The notes below the pieces were generated by a model, which saw nothing but the letters and a program-made list of their open reading frames with translations, did not search any database and was not told where the DNA came from. The translations under genes were made by a program, and so were the position numbers. Shown piece after piece: positions 47,401-60,900 of a stretch of 64,000 nt of DNA. This stretch comes from Chrysomallon squamiferum. Taxonomy: Eukaryota > Animalia > Mollusca. Location: the NCBI GenBank assembly GCA_012295275.1, contig CM022670.1, forward strand, positions 38,564,001 through 38,628,000, in the 5' to 3' direction. Within the stretch, counting starts at the first letter, position 1, and the number at the start of each line of letters is the position of its first letter.

Positions 47401-50400
47401 ACACAATATTGAAGACAGGACACAAACAGCCATAACAAAGGCATCAAATGTAATCTGAGAATCACTTTCTTTACTTGAAGAACCTACAGGAAAGAAAAAA
47501 TATACAAGTGGTATATGGATATATATTTTTTTAAAGAGACTCATACAAAAACCATTATTTTCACTTTTTTATATTTTAAATTTTAATAAATTGACAAATG
47601 AATAAATAAATATTTGTTTAACCTAACTCACCACATGCTCATATTATGGCTATTAAGTATTTACCTACTTTTTTTTTTTAATATTAAGTTTTTTATTATT
47701 ATTATTATTATAATATTATTATTTTAGCCCAAACAATGGATTTATTAGATCTCAGTCAGTATTGGTTTTTAAAACATCTTCACAAATGATACTTTTTACT
47801 ATTTTTCACTATTTGTTTTCTTCTTAAAATTGTTATAGTGGATTATTATTATTATTATTATTATTATTATCTTTTCTCTCCTGATTTAATGTCTCAAGAA
47901 CACCACTACCACCACATCATCAACAACAACAACAACAACAACATTAATAAATAACTAAGGATCATTCATTAGTCTGAAAGGAAACTCAAATATTTTAATG
48001 TACCAAATAAGGAATCAATTTACTGTTTGTGTAGTCTAAATTCACCTTTAGATAAGACAGGGCATCTGATCTCTGTGGCATCCATTTTCAATTCTACCAG
48101 CATTTGTCCGTCTCGATTAGCATTGTCAAAACTAATCTGTAGGTACAAATAATAATAGTCACACATTCTTTAACAGTGCATATTATCATACTGTACTGGG
48201 TGTAATATAATATAGATAATTAAAGAAATCATTTTGCAATAAATTGTTAATTTATCAAATAATGTTTTTAAAGACAAAAATCCATTTTACACTTGAAAGT
48301 TGGTACAGACTTACATTAAAACAGTGTAGACTTAAGAATTAATTGTAAGAATATTTTCTTTGATTAATACTATTTATCTACATATTTATCAAACTAAGAA
48401 GACAAAAAAAAAAAAAACCACTTACATCCACACTGGTGGACACCTGTGGCAATTTCTATCCAATTTCTATGCAATATCGGTAGGTATGTTGTTGTTTTTT
48501 GTGGGTTTTTTTAAAATTATTTTCTAATAAACTTTGAAAAGAGAATTAGTTTAAATATCTTACTGTAACATTGAGTTTGAAACAAGCTGGACCCCAGCGT
48601 GCTGCAAACATGTTCAAATGGTAAGAGATATACGTCAACTTCAGATCAACTTGAAGCAAACTGTAACAAATAATAATAATAATAATAATAATAACAATAG
48701 TAGTAGTAATAATAATAGCAATAATAATAACAGTTGTAGTAGGAGTAATAATAACAGTAATAATAATAGTTATAATAATAACAGTTATAGTAGTAATAAT
48801 AACTAATAATTTTAATAATAATAACAGTTGTAGTAGTAGTAATAATAACAGTAATAGATATGACAGCTATCAGGATAAATAAGTGATATATATCCATTGA
48901 AATATCTATAAATGATAAAATCCTTAAGTAATGGGCAAAAAAAAAAATAATAATAAAAAAATTAAAAAAGGTGAAGAATTTAGTTTAATTATCTTATGAA
49001 AAATTAAGCTTGTGAGCTAATATTTTAAATTTAGTTGTATGGTGATGATTATGAAAATGAAAATGATGATGGGAAGGATTATTATGATAATGTAGAACAA
49101 GGAAATTTGAAAGTCTAGAACGAGCTTATTCTCTGTGAATTAGAAAACATACTTGTCGTATTGAAAGGAATGATTTTTCATGAACTCTTCAACATCACAT
49201 TTGTAATCAGTGGAGTTTGTTGTACTATTCCAAACTGGAATACGCAACAGATCAAAACATTCTGAAAAAACAAAAACAATTAGAAGATTATTTAAACTTA
49301 TTTGAATTACCATTTAATAGTAGTAGTTGTAGTAGTAGTTGTAGTAGTAGTTGTAGTAGTAGTTGTAGTAATAGTAGTAGTAGTAGTAATAATAATAATA
49401 ATAATAATCATAATCATAAGAAGAAGAAGTAATAACAGCTCATTATTTGAATTTTAAGCAAATTAAGTAAATCATTCATTTTCTTATTAATAAAAAATAT
49501 TTACACCTAATATAGTTTCAAATATTTTATGAACTAGAGGAATAAAATGGTATTAAATGATAATGTTATGAAGACCAAACATTATAATTATTTACATATT
49601 CTAAATTCTTTACTTAACATGGTGACGTCATATAACAATTAATACACACTGTATTCTTCAACAGGGTCCACAACAAAAGATCCATTTGAGAATATCTTTC
49701 CAACTTTGTAGAATTTCCAACAAAATACCATTGGGTTGATTTCCTTTTCATTTTGACTCAGATACCGAAAAGAAGCTAAGGATATATTCGGAGTGTGGTA
49801 GTACTGAAAAATAAAATATTGTATTTTTAAAATGACTTAAATATCATAATTATGTGGATAATTTACATCATACAAACATTTGTTTGTCTGGAATGTTCAG
49901 TGACATTTTCCTGTAACTGTTAATGCTTTTTTAACAGTGTTATTAATGTTAACAGTACTAAGATGTAACTTATAACATTACTATGAATGAATTCATTTCA
50001 TTATTATAATAAGTATATATATTTTTTAAAACATGAAAAAACTCATTTTAATTCAATGACTTCTAGTTCAGCATATTTTTAACAATTTTAAATGCTTTCT
50101 TGGTTCAAATGGGTACATTATTATTATTATAAAATAGTTAAAAATATATTTTTATTTAGTATTAGAATTTTAATTTTAAATTAGCATTAAAAAAAAAAGG
50201 ATGCATTTAACATGTGTTTTTGGTGTAACATTACAAAACATGATCTGCATATAATGTGAGTTTCTCTTTTTCTGTCTGCTGTTTTATCAAAAACGTTAAA
50301 CAAAAACTGATAATCTGAGATTTTGTAAACTTTACCTGATACATTGCAAAGTTTATATATTCAACCAGATCCTGCTTTGTGTAAATAGCATAGGTACCAG

Positions 50401-50534
50401 TTGCTGGTGGATAAGGCATAGTTTCAAAGGAAGGATCCCAGTTTTTCAACAAGATATGTTTCAAAGAAATGTGGTTCTTTTCAAAGTATTCTACAATGCT
50501 GTATCTCTGTTGACCAAACAACCAAACCTGTTTA

Positions 50535-50566
<32 letters not shown>

Positions 50567-51174
50567 ATAAATACTTTTTTAAATACAGATAGAACATCTC
50601 TAGCATACTGTTTAAAAAATAATAAAATTTAATCTTGTTTTCATATATTCACAATTTTATACCAGTATTGAACACAATATTGGCAAATATTTTAAATTTT
50701 CAAAAAAATGATTTTCTATTACTTTTTGGTTATTACAAAAACAAAAAAACAAAAAAAATATCTGCAAGAAACAAACTAGCATTCTTTCCTTTATTTTTAT
50801 ATTTTGAGTTTCTTTTAAGTGTTTGGTTTTTAACTTCTAAACAATACTGAAACAAAAATGAACATTTCTCATACATTTACAACTCAAGCCTGCCTGCCCA
50901 CCTGCACAGTTATGAAAATTATTTTTAAAATCTGAAGAATAAGTTTCCATGGTATTCGTCTTCTAGCTTTAAATTTGCTACAAGGATCCATGAAAAAGAA
51001 TTTGAGTTTTCTTCTCAGTTTGTCCTCCATTTCTGGAGTGTAGAAAGATGAGACTCGAGTTAGCGGAGGACAAGAACCCTGTGACTCGTAACTTTCTATC
51101 ACATCTTCACTTCTGTGTTCACGTTCAGCTACATCACACGAGTTGATACTGACAACCCTCTCTACACTTGCCAT
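41580..51174 (-). CDS. MCOLN: Mucolipin / TRPML lysosomal cation channel (~617 aa), 13 coding exons: 51174-50902, 50527-50336, 49803-49650, 49261-49153, 48660-48564, 48136-48046, 47483-47365, 46868-46719, 44796-44683, 44307-44185, 42822-42616, 42315-42176, 41664-41580
   Basis: Family motifs [58 protein letters not shown], pore [13 protein letters not shown] and S6 [14 protein letters not shown]. Exon phases are consistent and total 1854 nt. Confidence 0.95.
42846..43678. mobile_element. Non-autonomous Tc1/mariner (pogo/Tigger-like) element, ~830 bp, in a mucolipin intron
   Basis: TA|CAGTATTCCCTC ... GAGGGTATACTG|TA (11/12 inverted match, TA duplication). A repeated CCGCGAATA subterminal motif occurs at ~42871, ~43639 and ~43655. 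Confidence 0.6.
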
Positions 51175-51264
51175 GTCTTCTAATTCTGAATAAAACACAA
51201 GTCAAACTAACAATATCACTTTTTTATATTAAAATATATTATTTATTAATATGAGTATGTCAAT

Positions 51265-51700
51265 TTACAGTCAACGATTATTTAATATTTTTGAGTGTAC
51301 TGTGAAACATCACTAAATAACTCTTTTTTTAAAAATATTAGGATATAAATATATCATTTTAGAGTCAACAGTTATTTAATATTTTTGAATGTTCAACAAA
51401 CAATATCATATTGAATATGTGTGGAAAATTTATAAATATGTCACTTTTTGATCAACAATTATTTAATATTTCTGAATGTACAATGAAACTTTTCAAACTA
51501 ATACATTTATTAAATACATAAATATAATTTATTTATATAAATTTATCAGCTTAGTGTCAACAATTATTTAATATTTTTTAATGTAGAATGAAATGTTTCA
51601 AACTAACATCTTTATAAAATATATAAATATCATAATATGTCTACTTATGATCAATAGTTATTTAATAATTTTAATTTCTGAATGTACAGTGAAATATTTA
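51265..51700. repeat. Degenerate ~90-105-nt tandem repeat, 5 copies
   Basis: TCAACAATTATTTAATATTTTTGAATGTAC-like core at ~51271, 51365, 51452, 51557 and 51651. Confidence 0.75.
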
Positions 51701-51824
51701 TAAAATGAACAGTTTCAAGAATCAAGTAAAAGGTTTGGAGGTGTGTTTAGTTTACTGTCGTTTCAGCTTTAAAAGATGCATAAATCAAAGGCCTGCAGAA
51801 ACTGTAACATTCTGGTATAGTGTC

Positions 51825-52125
51825 AGTTTGGTTTTAGGTGACGTTCTGGTTTAGTGACAGTTTGGTTTAGATAACATTCTGGTTTAATGACAGTTTGGTA
51901 TTAGGTACTATTCTGGTTTAGTGATTGTTTGGTTTTAGATAATATTCTGGTTGAGTGATAGTTTGGTTTTAGATAATATTCTGGTTGAGTGATAGTTTGG
52001 TTTTAGATAACATTCTGGTTTAGTGACAGTTTGGTTTTAGGTATAATTCTGGTTTAGTGATAGTTTGGTTTTAGTTGACATTCTGGTTTAGTGACAGTTT
52101 GGTTTTAGCTGACATTCTGGTTTCA
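51825..52125. repeat. Minisatellite, 34-nt unit (TTCTGGTTTAGTGACAGTTTGGTTTTAGATAACA), about 9 copies
   Basis: Direct tandem copies with period 34 (e.g. 52021, 52055, 52089). Confidence 0.93.
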
Positions 52126-53118
52126 CAATAGTTTTGTGAAAATGAGGGTAGAATGTAAACATGTATATGTAGTAGTATGTATTTACACCTGTTTATGTTT
52201 GCATTTATTATTATTATTATTATTATTATTTCATTATATTATTTTAAATGATTTTTGGATTAAAGGAGGTATATTATTTTTTTATTGAGGTATATTATTT
52301 TTTTATTATTATCTAACAATTAAAAATAACTAATTATAATTATCTTTTCTTTTTTATATTCAGTTTTAATAAAATATTAAATACAGCTTTAACATTTATA
52401 TCTATTTTGAAGAACATTTTTTTTTTTCAATCAGTCATCCAGAAATACTAGAATTTGTTCCACTGTCTGAATTAATATTTTAATTTTAAATTAAATAATT
52501 GTATAAATACAAAAAAATAAAAAAAAAAATTAAAAAAAAATGAAGCAGCAACACTTTTAACACATCTGTTGTTGGTGTAACATTATAAATAAAGTTTGGC
52601 ATGTTATGCAGATTTTCTTTCTTTCAGGCTGCTTGTAATATCCAGCAGTTTCTTGTTCTCTGTTAGTTATTAGTTTACTTGTACTGAAAAACTACTGATG
52701 CCAGTTATTACTTTATATTTAAAACTGATAATTAAGCTACTGTGTCTAATTAAACGAAGAACACAGAGTTAATAACCTGAACCAAATCAAGTACTTTGTT
52801 CTGTTATCACCACTTGTGACCTACATCCACACAAACTGTATCCATTCCATTGGCAGGTGACAGTGTCACATGCTTGTCACTTGATAGTTCTTGACATTGT
52901 ACACATGCACTGACTTCACTACTTTAAAAAAATTAACATGCTCATTATATCCAGATTGGCTGTTCCAGTACGATTTAACATGGAAATAATTTTTATACCC
53001 ATGAAAAAAAGGTACTTGTCAGCACTTTAGTATTTAATATACAAAACGTAAATGACAATTGTACATGAAAATCATCTCTGAATAGTTTAATCAGACAGGC
53101 AATGCTAAGATGAGATTT

Positions 53119-53385
53119 CAGTGGTGTGCAGAGGTCTGGTGATGACTGGGGCCAATTCCTTGATTCTGTGTCCCAAAGGCTCAAGTATAAGGCCTAGTAT
53201 ATTGAGAAATATTATGAGAAAAGGAAGATAGTTTGAATATGTCAACACAGATAAAACATAAAATAAACACTTTATTCGATTTAAATATAAATCAACCAAA
53301 TTTATTAAGTTCTTTTCTCCGATTGGATGCCCCCCCAATTTGGATGCCTGGGCCCACCAACCCTTTGGCCCCCCCTTTTGCACTG
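53119..53385. mobile_element. hAT-like MITE (267 bp) with a perfect 8-bp target-site duplication
   Basis: TGAGATTT at 53111-53118 and 53386-53393 flanks termini CAGTG...CACTG. The subterminal segments are GC-rich relative to the flanks. Confidence 0.75.
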
Positions 53386-54562
53386 TGAGATTTCAATATC
53401 TGCTAGATCGTATGTTATAACAGTGGTTAAAGACAGACAGCTTATCACTGAACTATATAAAATAATGAGGTATTATAACAGTAGTTAACTGTTTCTTATA
53501 TAATCAAATATAAAAATAACTAATATACAAGAAAGATGTATCATGCATCTCAACTAAACCACATACTGTACTATTTAAAACAAAAATAAACACTGAAAAA
53601 TTCTGTCTAATTATCTTGCAACTGACGTAAAATGCAGTTATGAATTTATCAGTCAGTACTACATATTTAAGAAATAATACAGAAAATTATTCCCATAAAC
53701 GATAATCAAAATATAGTTAAACATCTTCTATACAATTTTATTATAATTTTCTATGAAAAAAAACAAATGAAATCCCCCCCAAAATGAAAAGATGCACAAT
53801 CTGATTCATTAATATTACAATCTATCTATCTATCTATATATATATATATATTTGAATTTTCTATGAAAAAAAAAAAGAAGGAAGAAATAAAGAGGCACAG
53901 GCTGATTTATTTATATTACAATAAAAATTATTATCCATTTTCCTGTGTACATTGGTACTGATTTAAAATAACAAAAATAAAATACTAATTCAAGTAACAG
54001 TTCCCTCCTTGAAACAGGAAATCCTCTCTGACTCAGTATTATTATTTCAAGCAGTCATTACTTACAAAACCATTAATCAAATTAGAGATCATCTAAATGA
54101 CATCCGAACCAAAAAGGTATTAATTAATCATCATCAACACAGTTATGCCAATATGCATGTTAAGGTTTTAGTTGTGGTCTACCATAAAACTGAATAAATA
54201 AAGTCTTTTACGATTACTAAATATTGACATAGGATGTGACGATATATAATTTGAGTGTTTACAAGTTATGAAATGATTCACTGATTGTTACAGTGGTTTT
54301 ACACTCGTGTAACACTGTTTTACCATAAATTTAACAGAAAAGAAGAAGAGGAAGAAGAATAAGAAGAAGGAAAAGAAGGAAAAGAAGAAAAAGTTACGAC
54401 AGCACTTCATAAAGATATCCTTGGAGCTTCATCTGCTGCAATTTTACTTGATTTGAGAAACCATAAACAGAAGGAAACGAAAAGTTTAACTATCTACGTA
54501 GACCTAGAAGCAGATACACTAATGACATGTCATTTGTCATCTGACACCTGTCACAACCTGAT

Positions 54563-54572
54563 GTCACATGAC
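54563..54572. promoter_or_regulatory. CLEAR/M-box-like element GTCACATGAC (MITF/TFEB family)
   Basis: 9/10 match to the CLEAR palindrome GTCACGTGAC. It contains the TCATGTGA M-box and lies about 30 nt into the putative first intron of a lysosomal gene. Confidence 0.55.
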
Positions 54573-54602
54573 TCGCTTTAAAATTTTATTAAAATTACTC
54601 AC

Positions 54603-54830
54603 CTGTCTTCGGTTTTTCAACCATTACAGCAACTCCTAGTTTTTAAAACGTATCTTTCAACATACATTTTCAACATGTGCATGTCAGTTTCAGAAACTCT
54701 TGTACTGCCATTGCCACTGGCATCTGAGTACATTCGTACAATGCTTCTTCTTCCGCGTAAGATCGGTTTATGAGCGAAACCAAAACACGCGTTACTATTA
54801 TTATTATTGGAAACGTTCGTTCATTTCCGG
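54603..54830 (-). other. Probable non-coding first exon / promoter of the mucolipin gene
   Basis: Consensus donor CAG|GTGAGT at 54603/54602 on the minus strand, in a CpG-retaining patch with an ETS-like CCGGAA near 54825. The ATG exon has an acceptor at 51186-51188, 11 nt upstream of the ATG, so an upstream exon is expected. The 5' boundary is approximate. Confidence 0.55.
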
Positions 54831-57727
54831 AACATTGCTAGCTATTTCGTGCCTTTTCGTTGGTTAATTCTTCCACTTTCATTGAATGCATCGCTGCATT
54901 TTTTTTTAAATGTTGTGTAGTAATGTAACAAACAACTAACTAAATGAATACATATGTTATCATAAGCTTATAAATTTTATAAATACCATTTATTAAATTG
55001 AATTATTTAACAAGTAATTTTAAAGTGAGCATAACTGTATTTCAGTGGATGTCTAGGATTCATTTAGTATTAAAGTATTATGTACACTGAATTGATTAAT
55101 CTTGCACTTCTTTTTAATTAATAAATATGTAAAAGACAAATAAAACACTGGTGATTTCTTAAAAACATATAAAACAAGGAAAAAACATTATGTTATTGTT
55201 TATTATTTCACATACTCCTTACATTCCCGTCATAAATAAAACTAAAACAAAAATATATTTATGGAATGTTTATTGCTACAATACAATACAAAGAAACTAT
55301 TTAAAACAGTTTAAAAAACAACATTTTTAATGTATAAGTTCAGATAAGAATTAAAGATAACAAATATTTCATTATTATCTTGAATTTTAAATTATTTATT
55401 ATTAACTTTTCAGCAGATATTAATCACTGTGTGTTACAAATACACTTTGACAAAAACAACGTAGAAAAATGTATGGATTAAAAAAATCATTTACAAGAAC
55501 AGAACAACACTGTTTAAATCTTAAAGCTAAACAAAATTTAATACTGTGTAAGAAACAGATGTTACATGTTTTCCTTTTTATAAATTATTTTTAGATAATT
55601 TTATGAGCTGTAAAGTTTTTAATATCGTATGGATAGAAACAATATTCTTCTCTTGATGGTCATAATTATGGCTTTCAATTAAAAAATGAGAAATTATTCA
55701 TTTGTGATTCAGTTAAACATATAACAGAAATTTTAATTTTTGCCTCACCAAAATTTAAAAAATAATAATTTTTTAAAAATAAAACACACACACATGTATT
55801 TAACAAACAAAAATGAGTTAAGTTATTGAATGAAAGCTCATCAAAAATAACCCAGTTCAGCTATCTGACCAATTAGAGCATTGGTACACAGAAGCTCAAA
55901 CACAACCTACGAATGATACAGTGAGCACACAACTAATTGGTATATTTTTGATTGTTTAGTTTTCAGAGGTAAAATTTGTATTAATAAACATAATAGTGGT
56001 CAAAGTTGTGTAAATTGCAGGATCAAGAAATACGTTTGGTTTTTAGGAATTTCACTGTATGTGTGTGTGTGTGCATGCATATCATGTGTATGCATGTGTG
56101 TGTGTGTGTCTATGTCTGTAATTTATCTGAATGTTGCAAGAATTTAATTTAATTTTAAATGTATAATTTTAAAAACTGCATTTTCAGATTGAAAGTAACA
56201 TTACTTTGTGATAATAGTTCAGGTTTTGTTTTCTCTTAATTTTAGTTGCCATAAAGAGCTAACTAACCAATAAATAGTTTTGTACAATGCGCATTAAAAA
56301 TAAATAAGGGTGTATTGACATGGACGGAATCATGTGCATAGGTTTTATCTCACAAGTAAAAACAGCTACAGTTTCTATAACATGCAGTATCTTGATCTGC
56401 AGCAAGATATCTCTGTCAATTCCTAGTCTAATAATAAAAATCATAATAGTCAAGAAAAGGAAAACATTTTACACCTGTTAAAGAACAATTTATGTTCTGT
56501 AGCCATTTCTAACAGAATATTTATTTTAACAAGGTCAAATTTTTTATGAAAAACACAGTAGATTGATAAATGCAAAAAAAAAAAAAAAAAAAAAAAAAAA
56601 TATGGGGGAAACAAAAAGGAGAAGAAATAAATAAAAAGAAAAAAGAAAACCAAATTGTAATTAATTTCATAAATGCCTTAATTATAAATGATGAAGAGCT
56701 TACAATAAAGTAATTTAAACAAAGTTTAATGCAAATAAGCTCTAGACATCAACAGTGTTCTTGATATTAATCGATGAAATAAATTATCAAAGGAGTTTTT
56801 AAGTCCAATGTATTGGTTAACTGTTCTTATAAGAAAATATGGTTTCTAGTAATGTGGAAAACATTATTTCAGATGTATTATACAGTGATTTAAATACATG
56901 TTGCTTTGACTAGTTATAGATCTGCAAATAACTTATTCAAACATTTTCATTAAGCACACGTAATTTAAAAAAATATATTTTGTTTTGTGCTTGTATGTAT
57001 ATATATATATATATAATAAAAAATGTTTATGTTGGGGGCAAATTTTGCTGATGATGTATGAAAAAATGTATTAATAATATTATTATTATTATTATTATTG
57101 TAACCATGACAGTTATTCACATTATTAAAATAAAAATGTTATACCACATGTTCATAATAAATATGAAAAACATAAAACAGCAGATTGCACTCTGACTAGA
57201 ATAAAAAATATGAAATTCAATTAATTTTTATGACTGTACATTCTCAAACTAATGATTCACTTGTTTTCATTTAACAATAAAAAGAAAACTTATTATGAAT
57301 CAAATGCACCAAATTTCATTGTAAGCTGTTTAAGTTTTCTTATTATTTTTCTGATATATATATACACATATTCTTCATACATGTTTACAATGAATATGGT
57401 TAAAAATAAATTAAGAATAAAATCTTCAGTAAATAAAAATTAACAGTGAATTAAACTATACTAATTAAATAACGTAACTTGCTCTTTTTTAACTAAATAA
57501 TGCAAGTACCAAAAATGCATCAATTATGATTAAGTTCATTCAAATTCAACTACAATTAACAATATCAAACATTACATTTAATGTAAAAAATAACAACTAT
57601 CATAACCTAATGTCCTAATTGTGTAGTACTGTTAATTTTAATATGCTGTTACCAGCTGTTAATACATATTTAACAGAATGTAGTAATAATGACCTGACTT
57701 TAAAAAAATGAACTACTATCTATACAA

Positions 57728-57815
<88 letters not shown>

Positions 57816-57914
57816 TAAACAAAATAAAAAATTTGACATAAATATATTTGAAAATAAATTATTTTGAGATTCGGTGGTGAAAAACATGAAGTACAGTGAT
57901 GATGCTATGGCACG

Positions 57915-60900
57915 TCACCTACAACTCACAATGACATGGGACCCAACTCGTCCCTCGTACAAATGACTGTGAAAAAACATGCCACACTGCGTGTAGCCAC
58001 TCTGGATTAGGAACGTTTTGATCTGTGGCTGTAGGGTGTTGTAGTACACGATGAGCGAAGGCCATCGTCTGGATGTGGCAGAATACTCAGACTTCAGCCA
58101 CATGACGGGATTGTTGTAAAAAACATCAGCTTCATCTGTGTAATTCTCCTTCTTTTCCAGATTTGGCTCGCAAGTGAGAAACCTCATACTGATATTTCTG
58201 TGAATGTAGCTGAAAAGAAATTAATACAAATATATAGTAATCAAAAAAAAAAAAAGAAGAGATTAATGAATAAAATTCTTAGCATATTTTAATATTAACA
58301 GTCACCAAATGTTAATCATATACTGTTTGTTTGTTTTAATAATAAGTATCTGTGGTCAGAAAGCCTACACCATAACCTTTTGATAAGCCACTAAAGATTT
58401 ACCAAGAGAAATTAATCAGCTGTAATTCTGTATGTTTAAGATTGTTGTCTAATAATTATTCTACAGCCAGTTTAAAACTGCACCAAGCTATTGGTATTAG
58501 CAATTATTGGATAAAAATTTGAAATAATTAAACTGTACATATCTTTCTCTGTGGTGACAGTGATAACAAGTTATGTTTATTTGCAACAGACCTGTAATAT
58601 GGAGTGGAATGGCAGGGCATCAAGAAAAGGACATCAGCATCCTTCTCCAGACTAACATCATATATATACTTCATTACCACCACAGTTCCTCTCTGGTGTA
58701 TCAGGTTGAAATACACAGCAACAGGAACATTCGTAACAATGAGAATCAACACGAGAACTTTTGCTTTGCTCAAATTTGATTTGTGTTTCTGTGTTCTTGC
58801 AATTTCAGGATCAATTTCTGGTAGAGAAGAAGTGTCATCTTCCTTATTGCTGTTACTCAATTTATCCTCAATGCTTTTATCAGCAGCCTCAATTAAATTC
58901 TTTTTCTCACTCTCTCTTTTTTGTGTGGATCTTTCTTCATCTGAATCCCAGTTATTTTGTGTCGAACGGGGGGAATGTTCAGCTAGGTTTGGCACAGAAA
59001 TCTTTTCATCAGGTTTATGACCGGGTTGACCGATTCTTGGACTTGACTCGTGGCTAGAGATGGATGGAGTGTCCAGTGAGTCAGAGAAACTGGTGCTGCT
59101 TGTAAAACTTTCATTCAGGTCATCGTCAGTGGAAATCAAATCAAGATTCCTCTTAAGCTTTTTTTTCTTCAGGTGTGGCTTTCGACACAAAGACTGGAAG
59201 TAGACTCCACAGTAATGCATGCTAAGAGGTAGGATTGGCATTAAAAATCGAAATTCTTTGTGAGAAAAGAAGCTGAAAGTGAAATAAATACATTTTTATG
59301 AAGTAAATGAATTGATATTTTATAACATCCCAGGAAAAGAACTGAATATTAATGTTCAGTATCTATGTATATAATTTAAAATAACAAATTTTGGAAGTAA
59401 ACAGAGTATTTTAGAAGGTAATCTACTGACTAAATTTAATGATATTCATAAGATTGTTAAAGTCAGTATGTCATGTAAATTTATATGATTAGTTGTATTT
59501 TTACACTTTAAATTAATATATATGTAAAAAATAAAGATCAATAACAAAACACAAAGTACAGAAAAAAGGAAAACAATTTTACCATTAATGCAAGTTATAG
59601 CATAGGTTAGAACTGGAAGGTAATGAACATATTTAAATGTGAAATGCAAAACAGTATTAAAATTAAGATGAATTAGGCAAATTAACTGCATAATATAATG
59701 TATTTATTATTAGACTGATTATTATTTTTATTTTAGCAGTTTTAGCATTTGAAATAAAAATAATGGACCTGATCTGTGGTCAGAAACCTATATTTACCTG
59801 TAAATAAATACTGTCCACACTATAACAAAGAGAAGAACTTTATTTTTGGCTTTCCAAGCCCCTAAAATAAATGGCAGAATGTGAGTTCCCATAATAACTG
59901 GAAATCCTTGAGTTAGGTACCAATGCCAAGGATGTGATCCATAGATTGCTGATCCCCCACTGATAACATTGAAATGGATAAAATTATATTGTACAAATGT
60001 CCATGTTCCATAGAAAATACGATCCAGCACGGCAGAACATGCCAATACAGCTAGACTGAAAAATACAAAAAGAAATATGATTAAATACCATGGTCTAGGT
60101 AACAGCTTACAGGGTACTTTGTTACAAATTTGTTCCTACCAACACTTCTTTCATTGTTATAGGTACTGTATGACATTCTGTTTGGGTGACTGCATAAAAG
60201 ACACATTTTCTAGTAAACCTACATTAAGCCTCATGTTGTTTTAAAATTAACTTCACGTTCTTTGATTGTGATGTTCATGGAAGATTCTGAAAAGTTTAAA
60301 AGAAGTAAAATGTTCAAGCAAAGCAAACTGACTTACCCTGTCTGAATGTAATGAAAAATGAGTTTTGATATTTTTTCTGTAGTAAATTGGAAATGCCAAG
60401 AGCACATCAAAACCCATATGACAGCCGAAGTGGGACGCACAATCACTGACAAAGCTGCAAGTAGCAAAAATTTTGTTGTACTGGATCTTCTGTGAAATAA
60501 ATAAATAAAAAAATTTAGTGATAATTTAAAAAAAAAAAAAAAAATTAATAAATAGAAAATATAAACCAAAGTAAAATATTAAAAACAAAAAAATTAAAAA
60601 ATTAAATTAAAAAAAATATATTTAAAGGAATGGCTGTGATCCATCAAATCATGGAAGTTTCTCTTTAAACATTATTATCAAAAATAAATAAATAAGAAAA
60701 AGGAAAGTATTTATTTTTCAAATTTGTATAAATGATTCATTCAATTGGACACTGATGAAGGAATGGTTATTTTCATTAACAATTTTCCATTCATATAATT
60801 TTACAAAAAAAATCAGTCCTAATAGTGTTAAAAAAATTAAATTTTAAATTTAGTTCAGCAAACTTTCTCGACATACCCATGCAATAAAAACAACAATATA

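Noticed and set aside
58573-59057. Plus-strand ORFs of up to 138 aa
   Set aside because: They are antisense shadows of the large PIGB exon.
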